From NCBI GenBank assembly GCA_964016885.1, contig OZ024742.1, positions 1,488,001 through 1,552,000 of the forward strand: a stretch of 64,000 nucleotides of DNA. The letters are read 5' to 3'. The position numbers and the translations under genes were made by a program. The DNA comes from Eledone cirrhosa. Its lineage: Eukaryota. The notes below the pieces were generated by a model. That model did not search any database. It worked only from the letters and a program-made list of their open reading frames with translations, and had not been told where the DNA came from. Each line of letters begins with the position of its first letter. Positions within the stretch are counted from its first letter, which is position 1. Positions 30,001 through 42,700 of this stretch are shown one piece after another.

Positions 30001-31870
30001 TGCTGTCCAGCCCTCCTCAAAGTTTCTTCTCTCAAGACCTTCTGCTGTCCAGCTCTCCTCAGAGTGTCTTCTCTCAAGACCTTCTGCTGTCCAGCTCTCC
30101 TCAGAGTGTCTTCTCTCAAGACCTTCTGCTGTCCAGCCCTCCTCAGAGTTTCTTCTCTCAAGACCTTCTGCTGTCCAGCTCTCCTCAGAGTTTCTCTCTC
30201 AAGACCTTCTGCTGTCCAGCTCTCCTCAGAGTTTCTTCTCTCAAGACCTTCTGCTGTCTAGCCCTCCTCAAAGTTTCTTCTCTCAAGACCTTCTGCTGTC
30301 CAACTCTCCTCAGAGTTTCTTCTCACAAGACCTTCTGCTGTCCAGCCCTCCTCAGAGTTTCTTCTCTCAAGACCTTCTGCTGTCTAGCCCTCCTCAAAGT
30401 TTCTTCTCACAAGACCTTCTGCTGTCCAGCCCTCCTCAAAGTTTCTTCTCTCAAGACCTTCTGCTGTCCAGCTCTCCTCAGAGTTTCTTCTCACAAGACC
30501 TTCTGCTGTCCAGCTCTCCTCAGAGTTTCTTCTCTCAAGACCTTCTGCTGTCCAGCTCTCCTCAGAGTTTCTTCTCTCAAGACCTTCTTCTGTCCAGCTC
30601 TCCTCATAGTTTCTTCTCTCAAGACCTTCTGCTGTCCAGCTCTCCTCAGAGTTTCTTCTCTGGAGACCTTCTGCTGTCCAGCTTTCCTCAGAGTTTCTTC
30701 TCTCAAGACCTCCTGTTGTCCAGCTCTCCTCAGAGTTTCTTCTCACAATACCTTCTACCGTCCAGCTCTCCTCAGAGTTTCTTCTCACAAGACCTTTTGC
30801 TGTCCAGCTCTCCTCAGAGTTTCTTCTCTCAAGACCTTCTGCTTCCAGCTTTCCTCAGAGTTTCTTCTCTCAAGACCTTCTGTTGTCCAGCTCTCCTCAG
30901 AGTTTCTTCTCACAATACCTTCTACCGTCCAGCTTTCCTCAGAGTTTCTTCTCTCAAGACCTTCTGTTGTCCAGCTCTCCTCAGAGTTTCTTCTCACAAT
31001 AACTTCTACTGTCCAGCCCTCCTCAGAGTTTCTTCTCTCAAGACCTTCTGCTGTCCATCTCTCCTCATAGTTTCTTCTCTCAAGACCTTCTGCTGTCCAT
31101 CTCTCCTCATAGTTTCTTCTCTCAAGACCTTCTGTTGTCCAGCTCTCCTCAGAGTTTCTTCTCACAATACCTTCTACCGTCCAGCTTTCCTCAGAGTTTC
31201 TTCTCTCAAGACCTTCTGTTGTCCAGCTCTCCTCAGAGTTTCTTCTCACAATAACTTCTACTGTCCAGCCCTCCTCAGAGTTTCTTCTCTCAAGACCTTC
31301 TGCTGTCCATCTCTCCTCATAGTTTCTTCTCTCAAGACCTTCTGCTGTCCATCTCTCCTCATAGTTTCTTCTCTCAAGACCTTCTGCTGTCCATCTCTCC
31401 TCATAGTTTCTTCTCTCAAGACCTTCTGCTGTCCAGCTCTCCTCAGAGTTTCTTCTCACAAGACCTTCTGCTGTCCAGCCCTCCTCAGAATTTCTTCTCT
31501 CAAGACCTTCTGCTGTCCAGCCCTCCTCAAAGTTTCTTCTCACAAGACCTGCTGTCCAGCCCTCCTCAAAGTTTCTTCTCTCAAGACCTTCTGCTGTCCA
31601 GCTCTCCTCAGAGTGTCTTCTCTCAAGACCTTCTGCTGTCCAGCTCTCCTCAGAGTTTCTTTTCTCAAGACCTTCTGCTGTCCAGCTCTCCCCAGAGTTT
31701 CTTCTCACAAGACCTTCTGCTGTCCAGCTTTCCTCAGAGTTTCTTCTCACAAGACCTTCTGCTGTCCAGCTCTTCTCAGAGTTTCTCTCTCAAGACCTTC
31801 TGCTGTCCGGCTCTTCTCAGAGTTTCTTCTCTCAAGACCATCTGCTGTCCGGCTCTCCTCAGAGTTTCTT
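1..31870. repeat. 42-bp tandem satellite, ~760 units, consensus TCAAGACCTTCTGCTGTCCAGCTCTCCTCAGAGTTTCTTCTC, with 39/40/41-bp deletion variants and higher-order duplications; runs off the left edge
   Basis: Unit read directly; 14-aa periodicity in all ORF-track frames (SQDLLLSSSPQSFF etc.); abrupt end at ...agagtttctt|accacatt (31870). Confidence 0.99.
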
Positions 31871-31934
31871 ACCACATTAGGAATACGGTAAAGAAAGCGT
31901 TAAATAACAGCAATAATAATAATAATAATAATAA

Positions 31935-32092
31935 TGGTATCTACTTTAGGCACAAGGCCAGCAATTTTGGGATCAGGAGGCAGTTAATTATATCAAACCA
32001 GAAGTTGACTGGTTTCATACAATTTGTTGAGTTTGATAAGTAAAACTAGCTTCAGCAGGATTTGATCTCAGAATGTAAAGGGATGTAACAAA
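31935..32092 (-). mobile_element. Diverged copy of tRNA-derived SINE family B
   Basis: ctactttaggcacaaggccagca and caggatttgatctcag..taaaggga match the reverse-oriented copy at 51186-51370. Confidence 0.6.
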
Positions 32093-32136
32093 GATCACAA
32101 GGTATTGTGTCCTACACTAATGATTCTCTCATTTGA

Positions 32137-33412
32137 TACATACACACATACAAACACACACACACACACATACATATACAAACACAAACACATATACAAA
32201 CACACACACATTCATATACAAACACACACACACATATACAAACACTCACACATACATATACAAACACACACACATACACATACAAACACACATACACATA
32301 CAAAAACACACACATACATATACAAACACACACATACATATACAAACACACACTCTCTTTCTCTTTTTTTAATTTAATGAATTAGATTGAAAAGAAATAT
32401 TGATGAGGAGGATAATTGTATTCTCTCTCTTTCTCTCCCCACTCAATCCCCCCCCCCCACTGCCTCCCTACATTAATCTGTGAAGTGTGAAAAAAATAAT
32501 AAATTATTTGTTGTTTTGTACTTTATCTTTGTATGCCCCCCCCCCATTTGTTTGTTGTTGTTGCTATTGTTATTGTCTCTATTTGAACATGTGTGTGTGT
32601 GAATGTATGTGTGTATGAATGTGTGTGTGTGTATGAATGTATGTGTGAATGTATGTGTGTTAATGTGTGTGTGAATTTTGTGTGTATGTGTGTGTATGAA
32701 TGTATGTGTGTGAATGTGTGTGTGTGTGTGTGTGAATGTATGTGTGTGTGTGTGAATATATGTGTGTGTGAATGTGTGTTCATCCAGGTGACCAAACTTT
32801 CCACTTAAGTCTTATTAAAAGATTTGCTTCATTGCGTTTTAAATGGATGTCTATACATGTGTGTGTGTATATATATATGTATATATATATATATGTGTGT
32901 GTGTATGTATATATATATATATGTATGTGTATATATATATGTGTATGTGTGTATATATATATGTAGATATATATATATATATACACACACATACACATAT
33001 ATGTGTGTATATATATATATGTGTGTATATATATATATATATGTGTGTGTATATATATATATATGTGTATATATATATGTATGTGTATATATATATATAT
33101 GTGTGTATGTGTATATATATATATATGTGTGTGTGTGTGTATATATATATGTGTGTGTGTATATATATATGTGTGTATATATGTGTGTGTGTGTATATAT
33201 AGATATATATGTGTGTATATATGTGTGTGTGTGTATATATATGTGTGTATATATATGTATGTGTGTATATATATATGTGTGTATATATATATGTATGTGT
33301 GTGTGTATATATGTATGTGTGTATATATATATATATGTATGTGTGTGTGTATATATGTATGTGTGTGTATATATATGTATGTGTGTGTGGATATATATGT
33401 GTGTGTGTGTGT

Positions 33413-33465
<53 letters not shown>

Positions 33466-33476
33466 TGTGTGTGTGT
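32137..33476. repeat. Compound (CA)n/(TG)n/(TA)n microsatellite field with short unique spacers
   Basis: Direct reading: CA-rich 32137-32352, TG-rich 32590-32778, TA/TG 32853-33476. Confidence 0.95.
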
Positions 33477-33558
33477 AATATAATAACCCCCACACCAATA
33501 CTAAATGCTGTTCCATGTAGTTGTTTCCATTGCTATGTTTACCATGGTATGGTTCCAA

Positions 33559-35959
33559 ACCATTCTACTATTATACTGTTGTACCATTCTACTGTTGTAC
33601 CATTCTATTGTACCATTGTATTGTTGTACCATTCTACTGTTGTACCATTCTACTGTTGTACCATTCTACTGTTGAACCATTCTACTGTTGTACCATTCTA
33701 CTGTTGTACCATTCTACTGTTGTACCATTCTACTGTTGTACCATTCTACTGTTGTACCATTATACTGTTATACCATTCTACTGTTGTACCATTCTACTGT
33801 TGAACCATTCTACTGTTGTACCATTCTACTGTTGTACCATTCTACTGTTGTACCATTCTACTGTTGTACCATGGTACTGTTGTACCATTATACTGTTGTA
33901 CCATTATACTGTTGTACCATTCTACTGTTGTACCATTGTACTGTTGTACCATTGTATTGTTGTACCATTCTACTGTTGTACCATTCTACTGTTGTACCAT
34001 TCTACTGTTGTACCATTCTACTGTTGTACCATTGTACTGTTGTACCATTCTACTGTTGTACCATTATACTGTTGTACCATTATACTGTTGTACCATTCTA
34101 CTGTTGTACCATGGTACTGTTGTACCATTCTACTGTTGTACCATTATACTGTTGTACCATTCTACTGTTGTACCATTCTACTGTTGTACCATTCTACTGC
34201 TGTACCATTATACTGTTGTACCATTCTACTGTTGTACTATTCTACTGTTGTACCATTCTATTGTTGTACCATTGTACTGTTGTACCATTATACTGTTGTA
34301 CTATTATACTGTTGTACCATTGCATTGTTGTACCATTCTATTGTACCATTGTATTGTTGTACCATTCTACTGTTGTACCATTCTACTGTTGTACCATTCT
34401 ACTGTTGTACCATTATACTGTTGTACCATTCTACTGTTGTACCATTCTACTGTTGTACCATTGTACTGTTGTACCATTATACTGTTGTACCATTCTACTG
34501 TTGTACCATTCTACTGTTGTACCATTGTACTGTTGTACCATTCTACTGTTGTACCATTCTACTGTTGTACCATTATACTGTTGTACCATTCTACTGTTGT
34601 ACCATTCTACTGTTGTACCATTCTACTGTTGTACCATTCTACTGTTGTACCATTGTATTGTTGTACCATTCTACTGTTGTACCATTCTACTGTTGTACCA
34701 TTGTACTGTTGTACCATTGTATTGTTGTACCATTGTACTGTTGTACCTTTCTACTGCTGTACCATTCTACTGTTGTACCATTCTACTGTTGTACCATTGT
34801 ATTGTTGTACCATTGTATTGTTGTACCATTCTATTGTTGTACCATTGTATTGTGGTACCATTGTACTGTTGTACCATTCTACTGTTGTACCATTCTATTG
34901 TTGTACCATTGTACTGTTGTACCATTCTACTGTTGTACCATTGTACTGTTGTACCATTCTACTGTTGTACCATTCTACTGTTGTACTATTATACTGTTGT
35001 ACCATTGTACTGTTGTACCATTCTACTGTTGTACCATTCTACTGTTGTACCATTGTACTGTTGTACCATTCTATTGTTGTACCATTGTACTGTTGTACCA
35101 TTCTATTGTTGTACCATTCTACTGTTGTACCATTGTACCATTGTACTGTTGTACCATTCTATCGTTGTACCATTCTACTGTTGTACCATTGTACTATTGT
35201 ACCATTCTATTGTTGTACCATTCTATTGTACCATTGTATTGTTGTACCATTGTACTGTTATACCATTGTGCTGTTGTACCATTCTACTGTTGTACCATTC
35301 TACTGTTGTACCATTATACTATTGTACCATTGTATTGTTGTACCATTCTACTGTTGTACCATTCTACTGTTGTACCATTCTACTGTTGTACCATTGTACT
35401 GTTGTACCATTCTACTGTTGTACTGTTGTACCATTGTATTGTTGTACCATTCTACTGTTGTACCATTGTATTGTTGTACCATTCTACTGTTGTACCATTC
35501 TACTGTTGTACCATTCTACTGTTGTACCATTGTATTGTTGTACCATTGTACTGTTGTACCATTGTACTGTTGTACCATTGTATTGTTGTACCATTCTACT
35601 GTTGTACCATTCTACTGTTGTACCATTCTACTGTTGTACCATTCTACTGTTGTACCATTCTACTGTTGTACCATTCTACTGTTGTACCATTCTACTGTTG
35701 TACCATTCTACTGTTGTACCATTGTATTGTTGTACCATTCTATTGTTGTACCATTGTGTTGTACCATTCTACTGTTTTACCATTGTATTGTTGTACCATT
35801 CTACTGTTGTACCATTCTACTGTTGTACCATTGTATTGTTGTACCATTCTACTGTTGTACCATTCTACTGTTGTACCATTCTACTGTTGTACCATTGTAT
35901 TGTTGTACCATTCTATTGTTGTACCATTCTACTGTTGTACCATTCTACTGTTGTACCAT
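33559..35959. repeat. 16-bp minisatellite (CCATTCTACTGTTGTA)n, ~150 units
   Basis: Unit read directly; 16-aa (3 x 16 nt) period in the ORF track. Confidence 0.98.
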
Positions 35960-36019
35960 CAATATTACCAGATTATTTCAAATATTGATTTTATTTTACG
36001 ACTTCCTCTGTCTTTCTAA

Positions 36020-36315
36020 ATCACACTCTCCATCTTACACTCTCTCTCTCTCTCTCCTTCTCACACACACACTCTCTCTCACCCTCTCTTTCTTACACAC
36101 TCTCTCTCACACTCTCCTTCACCCTCTCCTTCTTACACTCTCTCACCCTCTCCTTCTTACACTCTCTCACCCTCTCCTCACACACTCTCTCTCTCTCTCT
36201 CTCATACACTCTCTCACGCTCTCCTTCTCACACTCTCTCTCACCCTCCCCTTCTCACATTCTCTCTCTCACCCTCTCCTTCTCACACTCTCTCTCACCCT
36301 CTCCTTCTCTCACTC
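36020..36315. repeat. CT/CA-rich low-complexity tract
   Basis: Degenerate (CTCTCACCCTCTCCTTCTCACA)-like repeats. Confidence 0.85.
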
Positions 36316-36353
36316 TTGGCATACCGCCTATGGACACAATTAACTTGCACCAG

Positions 36354-36428
<75 letters not shown>

Positions 36429-36433
<5 letters not shown>

Positions 36434-36636
36434 AACGAGTAGGACCCCGACAGCTGAGCTCAAGCCGTTTCGACGGCTAATTCTGGACTAAATTGATTTA
36501 GTCCAGAATTAGCCGTCGAAACGGCTTGAGCTCAGCCGTCGGGGTCCTACTCGTTCCTATTACCCACTCTACTACCCTAAGTATTGAGTACTTTGGTGCG
36601 TTATGGTCCACCTGGTTCCTTACCACATTTCCTCCG

Positions 36637-36640
<4 letters not shown>
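36429..36640 (+). mobile_element. Hairpin element family A, copy 1: 65-bp inverted arms + ~80-bp tail, containing the 3' half of a hammerhead ribozyme; Penelope-like terminal fragment in (TA)n
   Basis: Arms 36429-36493 / 36496-36560 (1 mismatch); GAAAC-GGC-ttgagctca-GCC-GTC at 36518-36540; flanked by (TA)n on both sides; related copies at ~44714 and 63066. Confidence 0.75.
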
Positions 36641-36695
<55 letters not shown>

Positions 36696-36823
36696 AAAGT
36701 TTTATTTAAAATTGTAGGGTTACAACGAGTAAATAATTTATAACTGATATAAAAGCACTCAACAGGTTTTGGAGTAGGTTTACGATATTAAACAAATGGA
36801 AACTATATTTATAAAACCATATT

Positions 36824-36889
36824 TACTTCGTTATATATATTTCAGGGATACCATATTAAAAATATGGTATGCCTTCCTCAGACAAAATA
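36824..36889 (-). ncRNA. Minimal type I hammerhead ribozyme (left inverted repeat)
   Basis: Minus strand: stem I UAUUUUGU / ACGAAGUA (all WC or GU), CUGAGGA, 14-position stem II with one C-C mismatch, GAAA, stem III AU-[AUAU]-AU, cleavage triplet AUA. Confidence 0.8.
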
Positions 36890-37933
36890 CAATATATAAA
36901 CCGTTTTATAAATAAATTTGACATACCTAGAACAGTGCAACTTCCATTTAAAAAGTTGATTTGGTAGTGAAAATGTTGAGGACAGTTAAAAAGAAGGACG
37001 AAGAGAAAAAAGAAAAAATGAAGCTTTTCATGAAAATATGATTTTACAGAGCCGATCACGTAAATTCACATGTGTGTCCATAATTGTCAACTTGAATTTG
37101 AGATAACCTTCTCTTTTCTCTTTTTCTTTTTTCATGAAAATACATATATACTTATGTATTTCAGTATTTTTGAAGTTTTATCTCAGATTTTGCTTATAAA
37201 CCTAAGAATTTTTAAACTAAACATGGGGTCATTATTTTTTCATTTTTTTCACACATTATTGATATGTGTCTCATTCATGAATATTGATATCTACATTGTA
37301 ATACCTAATTCATATGAATTGATAATTCAAATCGACGAGACATAATATTTTAAATATATTTTAAATATATCATCTTTCTTTCTTTTCTCCTCTACACTTG
37401 ACGGGACTTATATATCGGCTGTTTTTTTAACTGTATCTCTCCCACCTCGTATGATAGATATTACTCGATCTACCTCTTTTCTCCCACCACATATATCTCT
37501 CTCTACCTCTCTTTATTTATCATATTTCTCTCCGTATCCTTAACACTATAACTAAATAAATAAATAAATAAATTTACAGTACCCCCTTCCCTCCTTAATA
37601 TCTCATTTGTACGCTGCTCATCTGTCTCCAAGCTGCCTATCATTTTTCACTCCCTCAATATATTTCTCTCTCCCATATCTCTTTCTCTCTATCTCGCTCT
37701 GTTGCTTTCTTTGCATACATCTCTTCATCTTCTTCTCTAACTGTCCTTAGCGCTATACACTTTCTTTCTTCTCTTCTTTTTTTTTTTTTTTTCTCTTCGT
37801 CCTTTTTTTCCTTTTTTCTCTTCGTCCTTCTTTTTAACTGTCCTCAACATTTTCACTACCAAATCAACTTTTTAAATGGAAGTTGCACTGTTCTAGGTAT
37901 GTCAAATTTATTTATAAAATGGCTTATATATTG

Positions 37934-37999
37934 TATTTTGTCTGAGGAAGGCATACCATATTTTTAATATGGTATCCCTGAAATATATATAATGAAATA
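37934..37999 (+). ncRNA. Minimal type I hammerhead ribozyme (right inverted repeat)
   Basis: tattttgt-CTGAGGA(37942-37948)-aggcataccatatt-ttt-aatatggtatccct-GAAA-tatatata-atgaaata; predicted cleavage after 37991. Confidence 0.8.
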
Positions 38000-38039
38000 A
38001 ATATGGTTTTATAAATATAGTTTCCATTTGTTTAATATC

Positions 38040-38094
<55 letters not shown>

Positions 38095-38271
38095 CAAAGT
38101 TTAGCAAATAGAGAAAAAGTTTTAAAATAAATTTTAAAAAGTTTACTGTACCTACTATATTTACCCTTACCGCGCGGGATACCATTGAGAAGGAGAATTT
38201 CGTCAGAGGGTTCTTCTCACTCGGAGAATATAAAATATCCCTATATGCATTTTTTGCATGTAGGAAAACGG

Positions 38272-38454
38272 ATTGGCAGTATCGGTAAAGAGTCAAACGC
38301 CATGGTTTGAAGCATAGAGTTACGTCCCTTTATGGTCTGAGTTCAAATCCCGCCGAGGTTAACTTTGCCTTTCATCCTTACGAGGTCGATAAAATAAAGT
38401 ACCAGTAATGCACTGGGTATTTGCTGGCCTTGTGCCAAAAGTAGAAACAATTAT
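38272..38454 (+). mobile_element. tRNA-derived SINE family B
   Basis: Pol III A-box TGGCAGTATCGG (38274), B-box GTTCAAATCC (38341), then GCCTTTCATCCTTACGAGGTCGATAAAATAAAGTACCAG, which from recall resembles a conserved metazoan SINE central (Meta-type) domain; multiple copies in window. Confidence 0.85.
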
Positions 38455-38715
38455 ATTATATATATCAGTGATGCACCCATGATTAACAGGAAATAATTTA
38501 TGGTGGTGGTAGGGGGTATTAGTGAAGGTGGGTTGTTGTGGTGGTAAGGTAGCATTATTGGTGGGGGTGGTGTTAATGGTAGGGTGTGGCAGTGGCAGAG
38601 GTGCTGGTGGTACTGTCATTGTACTCTGTATACCTGGCTGCTGGTATTTAGGGTGGGTTTAGGGATTTCATGCTTATTCCTTTTGTGTGTGTGTGCCTGT
38701 GAGTTTCTGCACTTC

Positions 38716-38720
<5 letters not shown>

Positions 38721-38790
<70 letters not shown>

Positions 38791-38820
38791 TTATATATAT
38801 ATATACATTCATATATACAC
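38721..38820. repeat. (CT)n(TA)n microsatellite
   Basis: Direct reading. Confidence 0.95.
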
Positions 38821-39233
38821 ACACTCTTTGGTCCCAAATAATGGGGGGAGGATTTGTAATTTTTCTACATTGTCTCTGTTGATTTGTTTTTTTTAAACCA
38901 GAATTAGTGGTTTAGTTTACATACTGAGACCCCCAACCCATTCTATTTATTTTATAACATATGGGATTTCTACTAATGTACTTTTTTAGTCAAGTATAAT
39001 GTTTTTTTAAGATGAAAAAGACTTACCTCTTAATTTTTAGTTTTGAATCCTTATTAATTCTTTTTAATTGTAATACACAACATTTGATGAGATGAATTTC
39101 ACACTGATACATCGAAAGTGGTAATACTTTATATACTCTATATACTCTAACCCATGCTAGCATGGAAAAACGGACGTAAAATGGTGATGATACTCTATAT
39201 ACTTTATATGCATTATATACTTTATATATATAA

Positions 39234-39426
39234 AGGGTGGTGGTTTGGCAGTATTGGTAGAGGGTCGGACAACATGCTTTGTAGCACAGAGTTACACCCC
39301 TTTCTGATCTGAGTTCAAATCCTGCCGAGGTTAACTTTCCCTTTCATCCTTACGGGGTCGATAAAATAAAGTACCAGTAATGTACTGGGTAATTGCTGGC
39401 CTTGTGCCAAAAGTAGAAACAATTAT
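39234..39426 (+). mobile_element. tRNA-derived SINE family B
   Basis: A-box TGGCAGTATTGG, B-box GTTCAAATCC, same body and 3' end (gtgccaaaagtagaaacaattat) as the 38272 copy. Confidence 0.85.
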
Positions 39427-39444
39427 ATACTTTATATATTTGTC

Positions 39445-39781
39445 GAGGCATATGGCTTAGTGGTTAGAGCATTGGCCTTGCAATCGAAAGGTTGTGAGTT
39501 CAATTCTCGAACCGGGTGATGTGTTGTTTCCTTGAGCAAGAGACTTTATTTCACATTGTTCCAGTTTACTCAGCTGTAGAAATGAGATGGTAGGGACTGA
39601 GGTCCATATCATTCCACTGCAAAGTGGTCGTGGAGGTGCCACGGCAAAAAAAAGCACCCAGCACTCACTGTAAATGAGGTTGGTGTTAGGAAGGGCATCC
39701 AGCTGTAGAAATCAAGCCAGAATCAGTTCCCGTCCCACCCTTGCAAGCAGGGAAAAGCGGACGTAAAATGATGATGATGAT
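39445..39781 (+). mobile_element. tRNA-derived CORE-type SINE (family C) with RTE-like 3' tail and (GAT)n end
   Basis: A-box TGGCTTAGTGG, B-box GTTCAATTC, CORE-like CCTTGAGCAAG..ACTTTA..CTCAGCTGTAGAAATGAG, tail shared with the RTE-PHD 3'UTR; near-identical copies at 62615 and 63293. Confidence 0.88.
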
Positions 39782-39792
39782 ATACTCTATAT

Positions 39793-42700
39793 CCTTAATT
39801 CCTAACGTATTTTCAAACCTCAATCCCTAATTCTAGCGTATCTTCAAAACAAAAAAACAAAATCCTTTCCTTCTTCCTTCTTCGAAGGCATGGGGCGGTC
39901 AAACGCCTAACACACACAACCATCATGCGGCCCCCCCCCCCCCTCTCTCTCTCTATATATATATATATATGATAGGAATTCACTTCGCCAAATTTCATTG
40001 CTTGCTGTCTACCCCACGATATTCATGTAACGTAATGTACAGATTTTCCTTCATTTCTCTGCCTCCACAAATCCTAATTCTAGCGTATTTTAATCCTAAT
40101 TCTAGCGTATTTTCAAAACAATCCATATTTCGTATCAAGTCCAAATAGCCAACCTATCGCTAAAACAAACTACATTTTTTGTTTTTATTAATTGTTAAAT
40201 ACGAAAGTTTTTGGTCGTATTGAACAGAACAAATTTTGTATTTTTGTTAATCGCTTGTTAAATGCAAGGACCCCATTCAATCATTACCTTCTATCTAGCT
40301 ACCCAACACCCCTCCCTCCCACCCCCACGCACCACCATTGCTATTACGTGGACCAATCATAAAACAGAGCCCCCCACGCATCACCAGTATTATTACGCGG
40401 ACCAATCAGAAGCCAGAGGCCTATACTATCGCTTGCCTGGTTGCCTTTCGATATATGATGGATGGATGGACTGCGGAATCCTGGAGAGTGGAGGAGAGAG
40501 AGAGAAAAATCTGGACGCTCAGCGACAATGCCAAAGATAAAGACAAATTCACCTCTTGGACGAGAATGCGAGCACTCCTCATTGTTTCGACCGCGGACGG
40601 CTAACATAACCCCATCGCCCCCCGCCCCCCACCGCCCCCAACCCCCAAACGCAATCCAAAACTTCAGAGTTGGTACCATAAATGTAGGCACCCTAAAGGG
40701 TCACGCTAACGAGGTTGTAGAAATGCTTGAACGTAAGGAGGTTGATATTTGTTGTATTCAAGAGACCAGGTGGAGGGGTGGGTCTGCTAGGTTCATTGAG
40801 GGTAAAAAACGATGTTATAAGCTTTTCTGGGTGGGAAACGACGATGGGCTGGGTGGAGTAGGAATCATGGTAGCAGAAAAGTGGGCAGATAAGATAATAG
40901 AAGTAAATAGAGTGAACGACAGAATAATTAAAATACGACTTGTCCTCAATAGAACTACGGTGACAGTAATATCTGCGTACGCACCCCAATCCGGACTGCC
41001 CGGCACTATAAAAGACAGATTCTATGAGACACTGATGCTAACTACCTCCCAAATATCCGACAGTGACTATATAATTATCGCAGGCAACCTAAATGGTCAC
41101 GTTGGACAACATTGTGACGGCTACGACGAAATCCATGGAGGCTATGGGTTTGGTACTAGAAATGAGGAAGGCTCCAGAATCCTGGAATTCTGTGATGCAA
41201 ATAACCTAACTATCTGTAACACTAACTTCAAAAAACGTGACAATCACCTGATCACCTATAGATCCGGGTAACACACAAGCCAGGTAGATTATATCCTTAC
41301 CAGAAGACGTGACAGAGTGTCTGTTGTAAACACTAAATCCCTCCCCCATGAAGAATGCACCTCCCAACATAGACTGATAATTAGCGACCTCATAATCAGG
41401 ACGAGACGTACTCGACAGCAGAAGAGGACTATCCTCAGGAGAAAAATATGGAAGCTAAAGGACCCCACAGCCAGGAATAAATTTCAAAGCATATTACTTG
41501 ATGCTTTCGACAGTAAGGAAGAACATTTAGAGTCGGACAATATAGAGGGAGAGTGGGAATTTCTGAAAGCAAACCTGCTGTTGGCGACAGACGAAGTCTG
41601 TGGCTGGAGCAGGCCTGTAGGCAGGAGGAGAGTAACATGGTGGTGGAACAGTAAGGTGGAGGGGTCAATTAAGGCCAAAAAGCAGGCTTGGAAAGTATGG
41701 CGGGATGGGGGAAGTAGAGAAGACTATCAAGTGGCCAGGAGGGAAGCTAGGAGACAAGTGTACTTCGCAAGAAGGGAAGCTGAGGAAAGAAAGTTCAAGC
41801 ATGTTCTACAACGCGATGACCAAAAACGTGAGGTGTTCAGGATTGCTAGGCAATGCGTCAAGGAAAACCGTGATATTGTCGGGGAGAAGTGTGTACTAAA
41901 CGACGATGGCACACTTGCCATCACCGACGCTGATAAGAAGGTAGCTTGGAAGTGTCACTATGAAAGGCTACTAAATGAGGAGAATAAATGGGAGAAAGAC
42001 AGTCTCCCCCATATCGACCCAATAGAGGGACCAGCAGTGTTAGTCGAGGGGAGTATAATAAGTAAGGCAATCAAGGATATGAAGACGGGTAAGGCAGCTG
42101 GGCCTTCGGAAATAGTTGCTGAGATGCTGAAGGCATCTGGCACGGTGGGACACACCATGGTCACCCGCATAGTTAACCAAGTCGTACAGAATGGGGTTGT
42201 TCCGAAGGACTGGCATAGCAGCATCATCGTTAACTGTTATAAGGGTAAAGGAGACGCCCTAGATAGGAGTAACTATAGAGGCATTAAATTAATCGACCAG
42301 GTCATGAAGGTCACGGAAAAAGTAATAGCGCAACTAATCAGAGAGAGAATTGACCTAGATGAAATGCAGTTCGGGTTTGTGTCAGGCAAAAGTACCACAG
42401 ACGCTCTTTTCATAGTACGACAACTACAGGAGAAGTACCTAGCTAAAGGTAAACCCCTCTACTTAGCTTTTGTCGACTTGGAGAAAGCCTTCGACAGAGT
42501 CCCCCGCTCCATTATCTGGTGGGCTCTTAGAAAACTAGGCGTTGACGAATGGCTTGTGAGGGCTATACAAGCCATGTATAAAGAAACAGTCAGAAAGGTT
42601 AGAATTAACAACGAATATAGTGAAGAGTTTAGCGTAAAAGTTGGCGTCCATCAGGGCTCTGTTCTCAGCCCACTACTATTTATTATTGCCCTTCAGGCTA

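Larger units (their letters stand above)
36691..38042. mobile_element. Penelope-like element remnant with ~238-bp inverted terminal repeats (pLTR-like), each with a minimal hammerhead; extra ~90-bp tail on the left copy only
   Basis: 36781-37018 is the reverse complement of ~37803-38042; tail 36691-36780; both ends abut (TA)n; no recognisable ORF inside. Confidence 0.75.

Noticed and set aside
1-31891. Long ORFs (up to 938 aa) in the 42-bp satellite, and a possible exon end ..EFLTTLGIR|gtaaag
   Set aside because: Unit length is a multiple of 3 with few stops; frequent 40/41-bp units shift frame freely, so no frame is preserved; the terminal peptide matches nothing I recognise.
33521-36491. 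Cys/Tyr-rich ORFs of 766-891 aa
   Set aside because: All three frames are open simply because the 16-bp unit has no stop codon.
38186-38219. Hairpin with CTGACGA on the minus strand; also CTGAAGA..GAAA at ~51588
   Set aside because: Could not build hammerhead stems I-III around either motif.
39026-39103. Possible minus-strand exon ending AG|gtaagt
   Set aside because: Short AT-rich open frame, weak acceptor, no recognisable protein similarity.
39445-39520. tRNA genes at SINE heads
   Set aside because: A/B boxes are present but there is no complete cloverleaf, and each continues into a repeated SINE body.
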